Assembly (NCBI GenBank): GCA_028534125.1
Contig: CM052817.1
Location: 11,472,001-11,536,000 of the forward strand
Direction of reading: 5' to 3'
Source: Lama glama
Lineage: Eukaryota
DNA: 64,000 bases
The notes under the pieces were generated by a model. That model searched no databases. It was not told where the DNA came from and worked only from the letters and a program-made list of their open reading frames with translations. This document shows positions 51,695 to 64,000 of this stretch, piece after piece. The position numbers were made by a program, and so were the translations under genes. The number at the start of each line of letters is the position of its first letter. Positions within the stretch are counted from its first letter, which is position 1.

Positions 51695-52285
51695 AGTGGT
51701 AAGCAGAATTATAAGATGACCCCCAAGATTTGTGGCCTCTGGTCTAGACATATATTCTCTCACTTACTCCATCAAGTACTAATCTAGGTACTTCTGTGAA
51801 GGGATTTTGCAGATGTAATTAAGGTCTCGAATCAGTTGGCTTTAAAAATAGGAAGATGATCCTGATGGGCCTTACCTTATCAGATGAGTCCTTAAAAGGG
51901 ATAAGCTCTTTCTGGAAGGAGATTTAAAATGTTAGAGGGATTCCACGTGAAGGAAATTCTCCTTTGCAGACTTCGAAGATGTGGGAAGCCTCTGGGAACT
52001 AAAAATAGCCCCCAGCTGACAGTAAATGTGGACCTCAGTCCTACAACTACAGGGACTTCAATTTGGTCAATAATCTGAATGAGCTTGGAAGGAGATTCTT
52101 GCCCCACACCTCCAGAAAAAAAGACAGCTCAGCTAATGCCTTGTTTCAGCTCTGTGAGACCCTGAGCAGAGAACTCAGTCACATCATGACTGAACTTCTA
52201 GCCTACAGGACTATGAGCTGATAATGGATGCTTTGGATTGCTAAGTTTGTGGTGATATGTTATGCATCAGTAAAAATCTAATATA
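51695..52285 (+). mobile_element. MLT1D/E-like solo LTR
   Basis: gtggtaagcagaattataagatgaccccc...gggattttgcagatgtaattaaggtc...ctaagtttgtggt...gttatgcatcagtaaaaatctaata. Confidence 0.85.
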
Positions 52286-52429
52286 TTAACTTTGAGGGGG
52301 AAAAGTAAACATAGAGAATCACCTCTTTGTAACCCATCAAAATAAACTCCCTAAGTATTAATAATGCTTTCAATGAAAGGAATGAAACCATAATGCAAAC
52401 TTGTCTCATCTCACAAGGAAGAGACATAT

Positions 52430-53985
52430 TATTTAATTTTTTATTATGTAATATTAGGTACAAAAAAGGATACAGGCACTATATATGTAAGATTTAATGC
52501 ATAATCCTAGAATGAACAACTTTGAGCCCACCATTCAATTTAAGAAAGAGAATATTACCAGTGCTGTTGAAGATATCTGTTTTCTTTCAGGATCCTTCCC
52601 TTCTTTTTCTGGGCCTCCCCTTCTCTATTCCAATCAGATAAACTCTACCCTGAAATTTATGTTTATTTTTCCTTTGCTTGTATTTGTATTGGCAATAAAT
52701 TCAATATATGTATGTATCCTTAGACAACATATTGTTCAATTTTGCTTGTTTATGAGCTTTATAGCATATTCAATGTAATCTTCTATGACCTGCATTTTTC
52801 CCACTCAAGGTTACGGTTTTAACATTTTATTACTGTTGTTGCATATAGCTTTCATTCATTCAATTTTACTGCTATATAATAACCTAATGTGTCAACATAT
52901 TATAATTTATCCAATCTCTTGTTATTGGATATTTTGGTTTATATTCATTATTTTTGCTATTAAAAGCAACATTTCCATAAATATTCTTTAACATGTTTCT
53001 TGGTTTCTTTAGGATGTATACCTAGGAGTTAAATTGTTGAACTGTAGGTTTGTGCATGCTCAGCTTCACAAGTTAATACCAAATTCTTTTCTAAAGTAAT
53101 TGTACCAAACTGTAATCTCACTAGCAGCATTCTTGTCAACATTTCTTAGTGTTCTATTTCCTAATTTCTGCTAATCTAGTGGATATATCATGTTCTTCAT
53201 TGTGGTATTAATTTACATTTCTGTGTTATTAATGGAATTGAGGGCATTTTCATATTTATCTGGCTGTTAGCTTTCCTTTATAATGCAATTATTGTCCCCG
53301 TCTTTTTGGCATTTTCTTAATGAGTTGTTTGACCTTTCCTTATTGATTCACAGAATTCTTGATGTATTTTGGAAACTCTTTGTCAGTTATTTGTGTTCCA
53401 ATTATTCTCAATAGTTACTGATTTGTCTTTTCACTCTCTTTATCGTGTCTTTTGATGAAAAGAAGTTCTTAATCTTATTATAATAGAATTTATAAGTCTT
53501 TTCCTTGATAGTTTGTATCTCATTTAAGAAATCCCAAGGTCATAGGATATTTTCCTATATTTTGTTCTGAAAGCTTTAAAGTTTTACCATCACATTTTGC
53601 TTTTAATTCATTAGAATTTGATTTTTTATATGACAAGGAGTATGGAATCAATTTACTTTTATTTTTTCCATGATCAGTTGTGTCAATATCATTTTTTTTG
53701 AAAGGTTGTGTTTTGTCTGGTCTGTAGAGTTGTCTCTGCCAGGTATAAAGATGCCATAAATACATAGGTCTCTTTTTTGGCACTGTAATTGGTAAATTTC
53801 TTTATCTCTGTGCTTATAAGACACTGTCTTAATTAAAATAACTTCATAATAAATTTTGATGTTCGATCAGGCAATTTCCCACACTTTATTTTTTTTCAGG
53901 TTGCTTAGAACTTTGTTTGGCTATATAAGCTTTGAAGTCAACTTACTAAGTTCCTGGAAGAAATCTGTTGGGATTTAGAAAAAAC
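52430..53985 (-). mobile_element. Old L1M 3' region (3' UTR plus ORF2 end)
   Basis: tatacctaggagttaaattgttg, tgtcttttgatgaaaagaagttcttaat, aaatctgttgggattt. Confidence 0.75.
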
Positions 53986-54084
53986 TTTTCATCACAAAAA
54001 ATTTCAAGTATACATAAGAATAAAGAGAATGGTATAATGATTCATTATTTTATGGGAGAAAATTATCTTTGTACAGGAAGATGG

Positions 54085-54535
54085 TGTGTTAGTTTGCTGG
54101 GGCTGCTGAAACAAAATACCACAAACAGGGGAACTTAATAGAAATATATTGCCTCAAAGTTCTGGAGGCTGGATGTCTGAGATCAAGGTGTTTGTTCACC
54201 CTCTTCAGGGCTGGTTCCTTCTGAAGGAAGTTAGTGACATGCTTTCCTCCTAGTTTCTGGGGGCTCATGGCCCTCCTTGATGTTCATTGTAGATGGCATT
54301 CTCCCTGTGTCTTCATATCGGCTGCCCTCTGTGCATGTCTCTCTTCACATGGTGTTCTTTTTATAAGGACAATATTAGATTAGGGGCCCAAACTTACTCC
54401 AGTATAACCTCCTCTTAACTAATTACCTTGCAATGACCCTATTTTCAAATAAGCTCACATTCTGAAGTACTGGGACAGTGGGTTAGGACTTCAGTATACG
54501 AATTTGGGGTGGGGGGACGCAATTCAACCCTTAAT
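54085..54535 (-). mobile_element. MLT1A/B-like solo LTR
   Basis: ttagtttgctggggctgctgaaacaaaataccacaaac...ttctggaggctggatgtctgagatcaaggtg...aattcaaccc. Confidence 0.85.
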
Positions 54536-56409
54536 GGATAGTTTGAAACCACAAACTGTGGTGCTGGACGAGGGTCTTGGAGAGTGTATGGGAACTCACA
54601 GGTGGGAAACCCAGAGAATCACAGTTGAAAAGAACACAGGACCGACTCCATTCCAGGGGTCTGGTTAGAAGGGATTACTCTACAGAACTGTCACAATGCT
54701 TTGGCTGAAATAAACTGGATCTGACAATTTTTGGTCTTTGTATTATGTCTGGTCAATATTTGTGTTCCAAGAGGAGTGTGTTATTGTCAGTTCTGGGTCA
54801 TAGATTTGGAGTTGTAGGGGGTTGTAGGTCAAGTCACCTTGATTAACAGTTCCAGACACAATGAAGGAGAGACAATTACTCAAAAGAAAATTGGAGCACT
54901 GTTAGCTCCAGAGCAAACGTCCACAAGAAATGTGTAAGAGAAGAGCCTAGAGGCAGGGAGTCAGTGAGATCATTTCAAAAGCACCATATAAAGTGATGAG
55001 ATAATGAACAAAGGTGAAGGAGATACTATGAGGCAAGTTTTACGGCACCCCAAAATTGATGATGAAGTGAGGTATGCACATAGTGATTTGAGAGTGATGA
55101 CAAAATAATGTGGTCAGGAAGGGAAGTTGGTTTTATAGGAACATGTAGAAACATCTGTACTTTTTGGTTGCCCAACATCCAAGCATTCCTCATATTTTGG
55201 AAGGATTCCCAAATAAGGCAGAATCCTACTTTCTACCGTGGGAGCCAAAAGTGTGTGTGCAGGAGCAGATAATCTCTCTCCAAGCTTCTTCATAAGTAGT
55301 TAGAGTGTAGGTATATCACGTAGGCCGGACACATCAGATACACCCCTTTGGACCTTCGGTTCTTGTGGGAGTCATGGAAAAGGGTGGTGAGTGGTCAGAG
55401 ATTATTTTTTTGTGGCAGAGTTGTGAGTCCAGTAGCATAAGAGTAAGTGTTTACTGGTGATGACATAAAGGCAGCATGCTCAGCAGCCTGGGGCTGTGGT
55501 GGGGTGTGGCTGTATCTTGGTTTCTGCTTATTTTTTGAGGCTGGCTCTCCAGCTCTCCTATCAATCCTGTGAGCTGGCCTCTATAGACTTTCAATCAATT
55601 CATTTTCTACTTAAGTGGAGAGTTTGTTCCATTTGTTTGGAAAGACAGATGATGATGTACAGAGGCCACAGCCGGGTTGAGAATGACTGGCATTTTAGTC
55701 ATGATGAGTGAAAGCAAATAACATGACAGTCACGTAGAAAGTTCAGAGTCAACTGGCTGTGAGCGAGGAGTGCCTGCGAGGAGTCAGTGGTGGAGGCAGA
55801 GTCGGCTGTTACCCACTTCGATACGATTAAGGCAGTCATGACACTGGATGAATTTGTTGGGGAGAGAGAGTGTGAAGAGAAAAAAAGAATGTTCAAGGTT
55901 AATATTTGGACTACCCCACAGTGAGAGAATAAAGAAAGAACTAACAGCAATCACAGAGGTGGGCGGAAAGACAATACTGTTCGCTCATATAGGTCAAGCA
56001 CAGAGAGAAGTTCAAGGGGAAGCCAAAGAGTCAAATGGGTCATGGGGCGTTCAAAGAGAAGGGGCAATAACGTTTCCAAGGGAGTGAGAACTAATTATAA
56101 TTTTTTCAATTTGTCACTGGTAGCCTTCTAAAAATTATGGACATCAAAGCAAAATTTTAAGAGTTTGGTTGTTTTAACTTAAGAAAAACAAATGTACATT
56201 ATTTTCAATAGTTTTTAAAGAATTTACCAGAAAGTGTTAGAAATCATGTATGCAATGACTTGCATGAATGTACGTATATTTACACATATTTAAAACATAT
56301 CTTTATCTTTAATATAATTTAATTTTAAGTCTACAAAGAGGAAAAACATTCAGAAATCATGATTTCCCTGGCTTTTCCCTTCTTCCTTCCATTCTAGCAT
56401 CATAATTTG

Positions 56410-57240
56410 CTCTGGACTTAATATTAGACTACTTGAGTTCAACTCCTGGCTGTGTCACGTACAAAGTATTTGGCCCTAGGCAAGATACTCAGCCACTCTG
56501 AGCCTCCATTTTCTCACCTGAAAGTGAAGATTATAATAATACCTACTTTACCGGTATTCCTGTAAGGACTAGAGGAGATACATTGTACAGAGCTAATGGT
56601 GCTTGACAAAGGTTGCCTTAATCTCAATTTAGTAGGCAGGAAAACTTGTTTGTTGGTATTGGCATGCAGTTGGTTTAGAGCCTTCAAACATCTGTTCCCA
56701 TCTCTTCTTCCTTCCAAATGCCTCTTCTTCTCCATTTTTGTGTGTTTCCCACTTTGTATGAAAATATAATTTACAAGTGTTCTTGTGTGGCCCTTCTGAC
56801 TAACCTTATGAATAGGACCATTTCATTCTCTCGGGTCTTTTCTCAACTCTTAAGTCAATCATTTCTCACCATTGCATCAATTGACAGTTCCTTTGTATAT
56901 CAAGTTCTATGTGTTTTCAAATTATTTTTCCCCTTCCTATTTGTTGTTGTTGTTGTTACGATGTGGTAGAAAGACGTGTTGGGAAACTTAAGTTACAATT
57001 CGTGCTCTGATACTAACTATCTGTGCTGCTTTGGAGAAATCCTTTATGCTGTCTGGGTCTCATTTTTAACTTCCTGAAATTAGGGAATTGGACTAAGAAT
57101 AAAAGCTAACACTGAGTATTTTCTGTGTGCTAGTCACCTTTCCATCAGTTTTACAGTAGTAAAGCTCTGCAGTCATGCCTATTTTACAACGAGACAACTG
57201 AGGCTCAGACTGCTAACTAAGTTGCCTCGGTTCAGCCAGG
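56410..57240. mobile_element. Cluster of MIR fragments (about 56410-56620 +, 56970-57095 +, 57100-57240 -)
   Basis: ctctgagcctccattttctcacctgaaa and attttacaacgagacaactgaggctcaga. Confidence 0.7.
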
Positions 57241-57344
57241 TATGTTTGTATTTACACTTTTATAACTACAATGATCCTAGAAGGTAATGAATGTCTTGGA
57301 ATCTAGACTGATATTCTGTTCGGGCATTTATTTGTTTGTGTGAT

Positions 57345-57375
<31 letters not shown>

Positions 57376-58964
57376 CATACATACACATATTTTGTACAAA
57401 TCAGGGCCAATAGTCTTGATTACCTATCCACTTCAAAACTCAAAGTGTTCAGGTCTTCTTTGAGGAACTGTAGCTAACTAAACTTTGAGTAAGTTAAAAA
57501 AAAAAACCTAATACATGCATTAGCAACATTTTTGAAAGAATATAACTCATTTTTAAAAAACATTTTGTTTTAAAAAACTTTTAAAAATATAAAACTCAGA
57601 CTTTGGAAGACAAAATTCTTTGGGGAAACTTAGTTTTTTTTCTGTGCTTGTAGAACTAGATCACTGAGTAATGTTCAAGTTTTTTTTTCTTAACCTTTAA
57701 GAAATTATGTTGACATTGGGATAAAGACTTGTATTTTTATCTCAAAAATCTGATAAAGATGGAAAATTTGTGTTCATATAATCTGAGGAAAATAGACCAT
57801 TAGGGAATCCAGAGCTAGACCACCTCCTAAAACTGAGCTGATTAATTTTCCCATAATGTCAGGGAATTGAACAAAATTTAAAAGATTCTAAGTTCTCTAC
57901 TTCCTTCTTGAACTTCCCTCTCCAATGAGAATTATTCGACCACTGGGTAAGAGTATGAGTGTTTTTAGGGCTAGTCAAGATTCTAGAGAATTAAAGCAAA
58001 ATATTCTCCAAACCTTTAGAGTAAGATTGGTTTTCTTTTGTTTGATTGACTGTGCCCATCAACATTTCCTAGAATGTGATCCACAAATGACAATTCCTTT
58101 GAAAAAAGGACTCTGTGTTCAGATACATTTGGGTAACTCTGAGTGAAGCAAAACTGAAAAAAAAAAAGGTTTTAAATTGTAGTTCTTCTTAGAATATTTC
58201 GTATTGACAATGCGTTTGGTTTTTTGATCAAGAAACAGTTGTTAAGCATCTTCCATCTTCCATGTGCCAGACTTTGGGGATAGTAGAGGCACCATTCCTG
58301 CCCTTTGTAGAGCCAGGGCTGGTAAAAATCTCTTGTAAATCTGCAAGCAAATGTAAGGTATGCAATTCTTCTTATTTTTTTTTTTCACCACAAGAATCTT
58401 TTCTTCCTTCCTTCCTTCTTTATGGTTGAGCATCTCTGGTGACTATTTTTCTGAGGAACATGCTTTCAGAAAATGTAGGACTAGATTCCCTTGATATTAC
58501 TTTTCTCAGTGTTTTCCCTACGAGCAGATGCTAGAGAACAAGGCCAGGGTGAGCAAGCAATGAAGACCAACTGATGACTTTACACGTTTATGTTCCCTAA
58601 GTGCACCCAGTCATGGTGAGGTCAGCGTTGGGAACATGGGGACAAGATGGAACTCAAGTACTTTGAAGTAGTGAACTTTTTCAGTGGTTTAATATCAATA
58701 GAGACATTGATGGACAGCATTTATATTTGGAATTTTTCTAAATATCAACTATCAATTTGAATTCTAACCAACTGGTGCAGTATCTTCTCTTCTGCCTGGT
58801 GGTGGGGAGATGCCAGCAGAAGACTACCTTCTTCTCATAGGGTATCTTTTCTTTGTGAAGAAGAACCAAGGAGGCAACGTTTTGAGATGGGGAGAGCAAT
58901 GGTGGTGGGTGGGAGAAGAACGTGAGTCAGAAACAGAACTTGGGGAGCTGAAGTTATTTCCAAC

Positions 58965-59119
58965 CAGAGCTATAAACCAGTCATTTTGTAAAACAGTGTC
59001 GAGGGTCTGTGGACAGCAGGTCTTACACTTACATGTGAGAGTTTATGTATGAATATGTCAGACCTGCTGTGCATGGGATTCTCAGCACTGTTTTACAAAA
59101 TGACTAGTTAACAGCACTG
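58965..59119. repeat. Long imperfect inverted repeat (hairpin), family unrecognised
   Basis: Perfect 20-bp arms 58979-58998 / 59086-59105 and 11-bp arms 59013-59023 / 59060-59070; termini CAG...CTG. Confidence 0.92.
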
Positions 59120-60096
59120 AAGTGGTACTAGGAAAGGACTAGGCTTTCTACATTAGACAGACCTGGATTTGAAACTGAGCTTCTTCATTTCCTATTGGGT
59201 GCCTGTGACATCATTACTATGCTCTCAACTATGTGCAAAGGTTCTGTGAAGGTTGCATAGATGGAACAAACAGGAACTTTGCCCTCAAAGAGCTTAGGAT
59301 TTAAATGGAAGATAAGGCCTGCACTTTTACCCATGATATAAGGTAGGAAACTAATAAGCATCACAAGAGGTTATGCAGCTCTATTTAACTCTCTGTTTTC
59401 CGTTTATAATTTCATTCCTTTGAAATAATGAGGGCCTCTCACCTGCATCTGAAGGCTTTATCATAGTGAATCTAATTTCTCAAGAAAGAATATATTTTGC
59501 TGCCAAACACATCAAAGTCACACATATTTCTACTTTGCCTGTATTTCTAGCATGTTTTGCTCTTATTTGTTAAATTTAAGCATTAGCTACATAGGCAATG
59601 CTATTTCTACTCAGAAACAATTTGAATAATTTGTATAGTACTTTCTAAGTTTTCACCTGCTTTCACATCTATCTTCTCATTTGTTCCTTGTAAAAATTAG
59701 ATGTGGTAAGAAAGGTGCTAATACTTCTTTTGGACAGATGAGGAAACTGAGACTCAAGATTGTCCAGTGATTTACCCAAGTTAGCAAATGAGGTAGAGTT
59801 GGAAATTAAACTACAGTTAATTGATTCCAATTCCTTATCCCTTCTTGCAGACTGTAGTTTCCCAGCTTTTGGACTTCAGAGTCTTAGAAAAGCTTCGTAT
59901 TTATTCCAAGAGATTAGTGAATCTAAATATACACAAAAATTAACTATAGTCTAAAGAAATACATTCTCATACATGTATTCTCCATGCAGTTAAGTTGCTA
60001 TTATGGCAAATATAATGTAATCTCATTTGAAAATGTAATTAATTCATACTTCTTTTTGTTGTTCTGCATTTTCTTCAACTATCATAAGGCGTGTCC

Positions 60097-60100
<4 letters not shown>

Positions 60101-60157
<57 letters not shown>
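60101..60157. repeat. (ATT)19 microsatellite
   Basis: Direct reading. Confidence 0.97.
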
Positions 60158-60160
<3 letters not shown>

Positions 60161-61884
60161 AGGGAAAAGGAATCCTTGATGCCTACCCCTCTAAAAGGAA
60201 AATTATCAACTACTTTAAATAAAATGCAAGTCAATCCATTGAAAACAACACTGCAGGGAGTTTTTTCTTTCTTTCCTTTCCTTGTCTTTTTCTTCTAAAA
60301 ACAAAAACAAAAACAAAAACAAAAAGACTTCCTGCTGGTCAATGCTTTGGAAGCCTGTGGTTTCTTTGTTGTCCAAAGTGCTATTTTTAGTCTGCACCCA
60401 AAGGCCTGGAATTCTCATATTGACATAGACGGCCAAATTTTCCTATTGACCAAACTATTCATGAGATAGGATACAGAAATCTGTTTCTGCCTTTATTTTT
60501 GCAATTGTTCTTAAAATCTTATGGGATATTAGAATACATATGATTAGGTGATCCAGAAAATAAAGAATTTATCTTATAATTTTATATCTGATTAAGTTAA
60601 AAACTGGCTCTGCTGCTGTTACATGAAATGATAAAATCTTTCCATTTAACTTCTTAATTAAAAGAAGCAGCTTTTTAACTGGGGTTAAAAAAAATCCCCC
60701 AAACTATGTTATCTTAGGCCAGGAAGAAAAACAATCGCAGACCATAAGGACGAAAACGACACAAGAGAATGGTGACAGGCAGGAGAATCATATCAGCCCT
60801 GTTTTCCTATCCCCACCTCCATATGTCCCTCATTGCTTGAACATTTTTGATGGTGAAAGAAAATGCTGTTAAGAATTACACTGTTATATACTGGACAGTC
60901 TGCCCTCAGCAAACTAGGAATTCTTACTTATCACAACAGAGCCAAACAGTTAGGGATCGACTCCAGTAAGGTATATTTTAAAACATTTGAAACATTTTAG
61001 AATTCCTTTTCTGCTCTCTCCCACTTGAACCTGGACTCCCTGTATTAGCAAAGTGGTATGACAGCTTAGTTGCCTTATTGATCAAAAATAGCAAGAATAA
61101 AATTCCTTATATGTTAGAGTGGTACTCCCATTCATCTTGTGTTTTAGCTCTTTCATAAGTCTTAGTACTACAGGTGAGTGAGTGATGGAAGCAAGTCTTG
61201 CCAAATATGCACCCAAGGGAGAATAATTACAATATTTCTACTTAAAATGAATGTGTTTTATTTCTTAAGGAAGTAAAAAGATATTCAATTCAAAAAGAGA
61301 TTTTTCTAAGAATTAATGTAAATACAAATTTTCAAAGTGTTTAACATCTTTCCCCAGTTTGTCTTCATTAAGCTCACCATTTCTTGTGTTCTGCCTTCTG
61401 TTCTACTAATTTAACGTGTTTGTGTGTTACCACTTAGTACTGGTTAATTATTAGCTAATTTATGAAAAAAGATGAAAATAGTTGCCTATTCTAAAGATTA
61501 TAAAGCTGATTTCTCCCCCTCCCAAAGTGTATGATGTGCTAAGACTCCTACAGAAATTCCAAAAAAAAAGATTCCAAGAAAATAATTTATAATTATTTTT
61601 AAATAAAGTAAAAGCACAATGTGCTTTCAATACCCAGAAAAGGTGGCTGATGTAATTACATAAATATTTTTACCATCTTTTCAGGAATTTAAGGAGGCTA
61701 GTACTGGTAGATTATGTTTAGAACCTTTTTGATATTGAAAGGAAAAGGAAAGCAGCTGGTAAATGTTAAAGAATATGGTTGGAATTTTTTTGCCAGGCTT
61801 TAAGATGGTTTAAGTTGTTTTTTATTTATGCATAGTTACGTATTTTAAAAAATTTTGTACTCTACTTGAGGGCAAACAATTATT

Positions 61885-62523
61885 CAGTCAACTCATTATC
61901 CAGGGTGGTTATTTCTATAAAGTCACTGTGAATATTGAATTATTAAATATTAAAGAAGCTCCACTCCTAGGGGAAATACAGTTAGGTTCCTGTGAACCTC
62001 TGGCCACAACATTTTCATCAACTGATCAATATATAACTTTGCTTTTACATGTGTTTCTGTTTAAATACACCCTATTTAATATATATAGTTGACCCATTAA
62101 CATTGAACTCACGGCCAGCAGCACTGTAACTCATAGCTGAACCAAGCTTATCTAACACACATTTTTCCCATAAGGTACACCACAGCCTTCTTGTGCTCAG
62201 GAACACTAGACACCACTACAACACTATGCTTGGGGACTACTTTAAACAGCAAAATTACCTCCCCCATCCAAAAAAGGGGCACAAAAATGAGAAATATGTG
62301 GCACTAAATAGATCAGAAAATACTGACACTTGTTTATAGAATGAGAGCTGAAATAAGAAGGCAGGGCGTCTCCTTGTTTGACTTCAGTGGGAATATGCAC
62401 ATAGGACGACTCAGTTTTTCCAATCTGTGCCTGCCTGCAAATGATCATGAAAGTGCTATGAGTACCGATTAGTGAGGAGTGAAATTTACAAATACACAGC
62501 CCATGAATAATGAGAATGGACTG
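61885..62523 (-). mobile_element. MER82-like Tigger non-autonomous DNA transposon, near full length
   Basis: Terminal inverted repeats cagtcaactcattatcc / tgaataatgagaatggactg; internal ctcctaggggaaatacagttaggttcctg and gagagctgaaataagaaggcag match recalled MER82. Confidence 0.85.
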
Positions 62524-62627
62524 TTTCTTTATTACCGTGGTACCACTGGTAACTGTAACGTTGCCTGGGATGCAGTAGGAGCTCAATATGTATTTGTTGA
62601 ATAACTGGAAAAGTGTCCCATAACTTT

Positions 62628-63232
62628 TTTTTGGTATACATATATTTAATTGAAGTATAGTCATTTTATAATATTGTGTCAGTTTCTGGTGTACAGCATA
62701 ATGCTTCAGTCATACATGAACATACATATATTCATTTTCATCATAAGTTACTGCAAGACACTTAATATACAATTCCCAGTGCTATACAGTATGAACTTGT
62801 TGTTTATCTATTTTATGTATCACTTTATTATTTTTTATGGCTGAGTAGTATTCCATCATATAAATATACCACAACTTTTTTTATCTAGTTATCTGTTGAT
62901 GGACATTTAGGTTGTTTCCATGTCTTGGCTATTGTAAATAGTGCTGCTATGAACATTGGAGTGCATGTATCTTTTTGAAATAAGATTCCCTCTGGATATA
63001 TACTCAGGAATGGGATTGCTGGATCATAGGGTAAGTCTATTTTTAGTCTTTTGAGGAATTTCCATACTGTTTTCCATAACAGCCACACCAAACTACATTC
63101 CCACCAACAATGTGGGAGGGTTCCCTTTTCTTCATACCTTCTCCAGCATTTATCATTTGTGGATTTTTTCATGATGGCTATTCTAACTGCAACATGGATG
63201 TACCTGAAGATTGTCATTCTAAGTAAAGTAAG
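62628..63232 (-). mobile_element. Rearranged lineage-specific L1 3' insertion (internal deletion plus short inverted piece) with TSD
   Basis: ORF2 peptide [23 protein letters not shown]...FIAALFTIAKTWKQPKCPS on minus; TSD cccataacttt (62617-62627) vs cccttaacttt (63233-63243). Confidence 0.88.
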
Positions 63233-63243
63233 CCCTTAACTTT

Positions 63244-64000
63244 AAAATGAATCCCAGTTGTATTGTCTTACTCCATTTTATATTCTCGAGAAGTTTGTGG
63301 TATACTAATTTTAGAAAGGTGAACATTTTAGAATAGTGTTTGAATAAGCTAATAATCTTTTCCCCTTGGAACTTAGAAAATATTGCTCCTTTATCTCTGG
63401 CATCTAAAGTTGATAAAAATTCTGATGCCAATCTAAATCTCAGTCCTTTGTAGTGTATATGTTAATTCCTCCCCTTGTGCCCCTTTTGGAAAGCTTTTAG
63501 GATTTTTTTTATTTCCTTGGAAAAATGAAAATTCATATGTATTTGGACTCTGAATTGGAACATTTATATATTTCTTCAGTTCTGGGAAAATTTCATCTTT
63601 CATTTCATTGGTTATATCTTCTCTTCTATTCTCTCTGCTATTACTTACAGAAATCCTATTAAATGAGCTCTAAACTTCTGAATCTAGTTGACATATTTCT
63701 TGAAGTTTCTTTTATACATTTAAAGCATTGTCTTTTCTTGCTGTGTTCTGGGAGCATAAACTGGCTTAAATTTTTAACTCACATATTTATCTTCAGCTGT
63801 GTCCATTATGCCCTTCAGTCCATGTGTTGAGTTTCTAAAGTACTTATATATTCATTTTGAGTTAATTTTTTATATATGGTATGAAGGGTAGGGTATAAAC
63901 TCATTATTTTGCATATGGATATCAAGTTGTTCAAGCTCATTTTAAAAAGGATTATTCTTTCTGATTGTCTTGGCACCCTTGTTAAAAATCAATTGACCAT
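63244..64000 (-). mobile_element. Old L1 fragments (ORF1-like to about 63835, ORF2-like from about 63850)
   Basis: aattctgatgccaatct, tttcttcagttctgggaaaattt, gagttaattttttatatatggtatga, tcttggcacccttgttaaaaatcaattgacc. Confidence 0.7.

Noticed and set aside
59984..60298. 104-aa ORF with a poly-Ile, membrane-like stretch
   Set aside because: Produced by the (ATT)19 microsatellite.

Overview
Mammalian genomic DNA, not microbial. It is probably a camelid: there are two camelid-type tRNA-derived SINEs and cetartiodactyl-type L1 3' ends, and I saw no Bov-A/Bov-tA or PRE-1 SINEs. The only protein-coding sequence I can support is the first coding exon of LCORL (minus strand, 31110-30957, MDKGRERM-A14-QCRSPRC...HCV/G), inside a CpG island at about 29.6-32.3 kb. 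Positions 1-30956 are the proximal part of the long intron 1; exon 2 was not found and is presumably left of the window. Positions ~31.2-64 kb are upstream intergenic DNA full of old L1, L2, MIR, MaLR LTR and DNA-transposon remnants, with a 500-N assembly gap. Repeat family names and most repeat boundaries are by-eye estimates. I found no evidence for a new multi-gene system. The best leads are small-scale: (1) an unexplained ~155-bp hairpin at 58965-59119; (2) an ATG-TAA-ATG cassette just upstream of the LCORL start, opening a 59-aa overlapping ORF that stops exactly at the exon-1 donor, or acting as a TATA-like element; (3) an oddly rearranged L1 insertion; (4) a recursive-splice-like AG|GT site in intron 1; (5) several minimal or atypical retrotransposition footprints.
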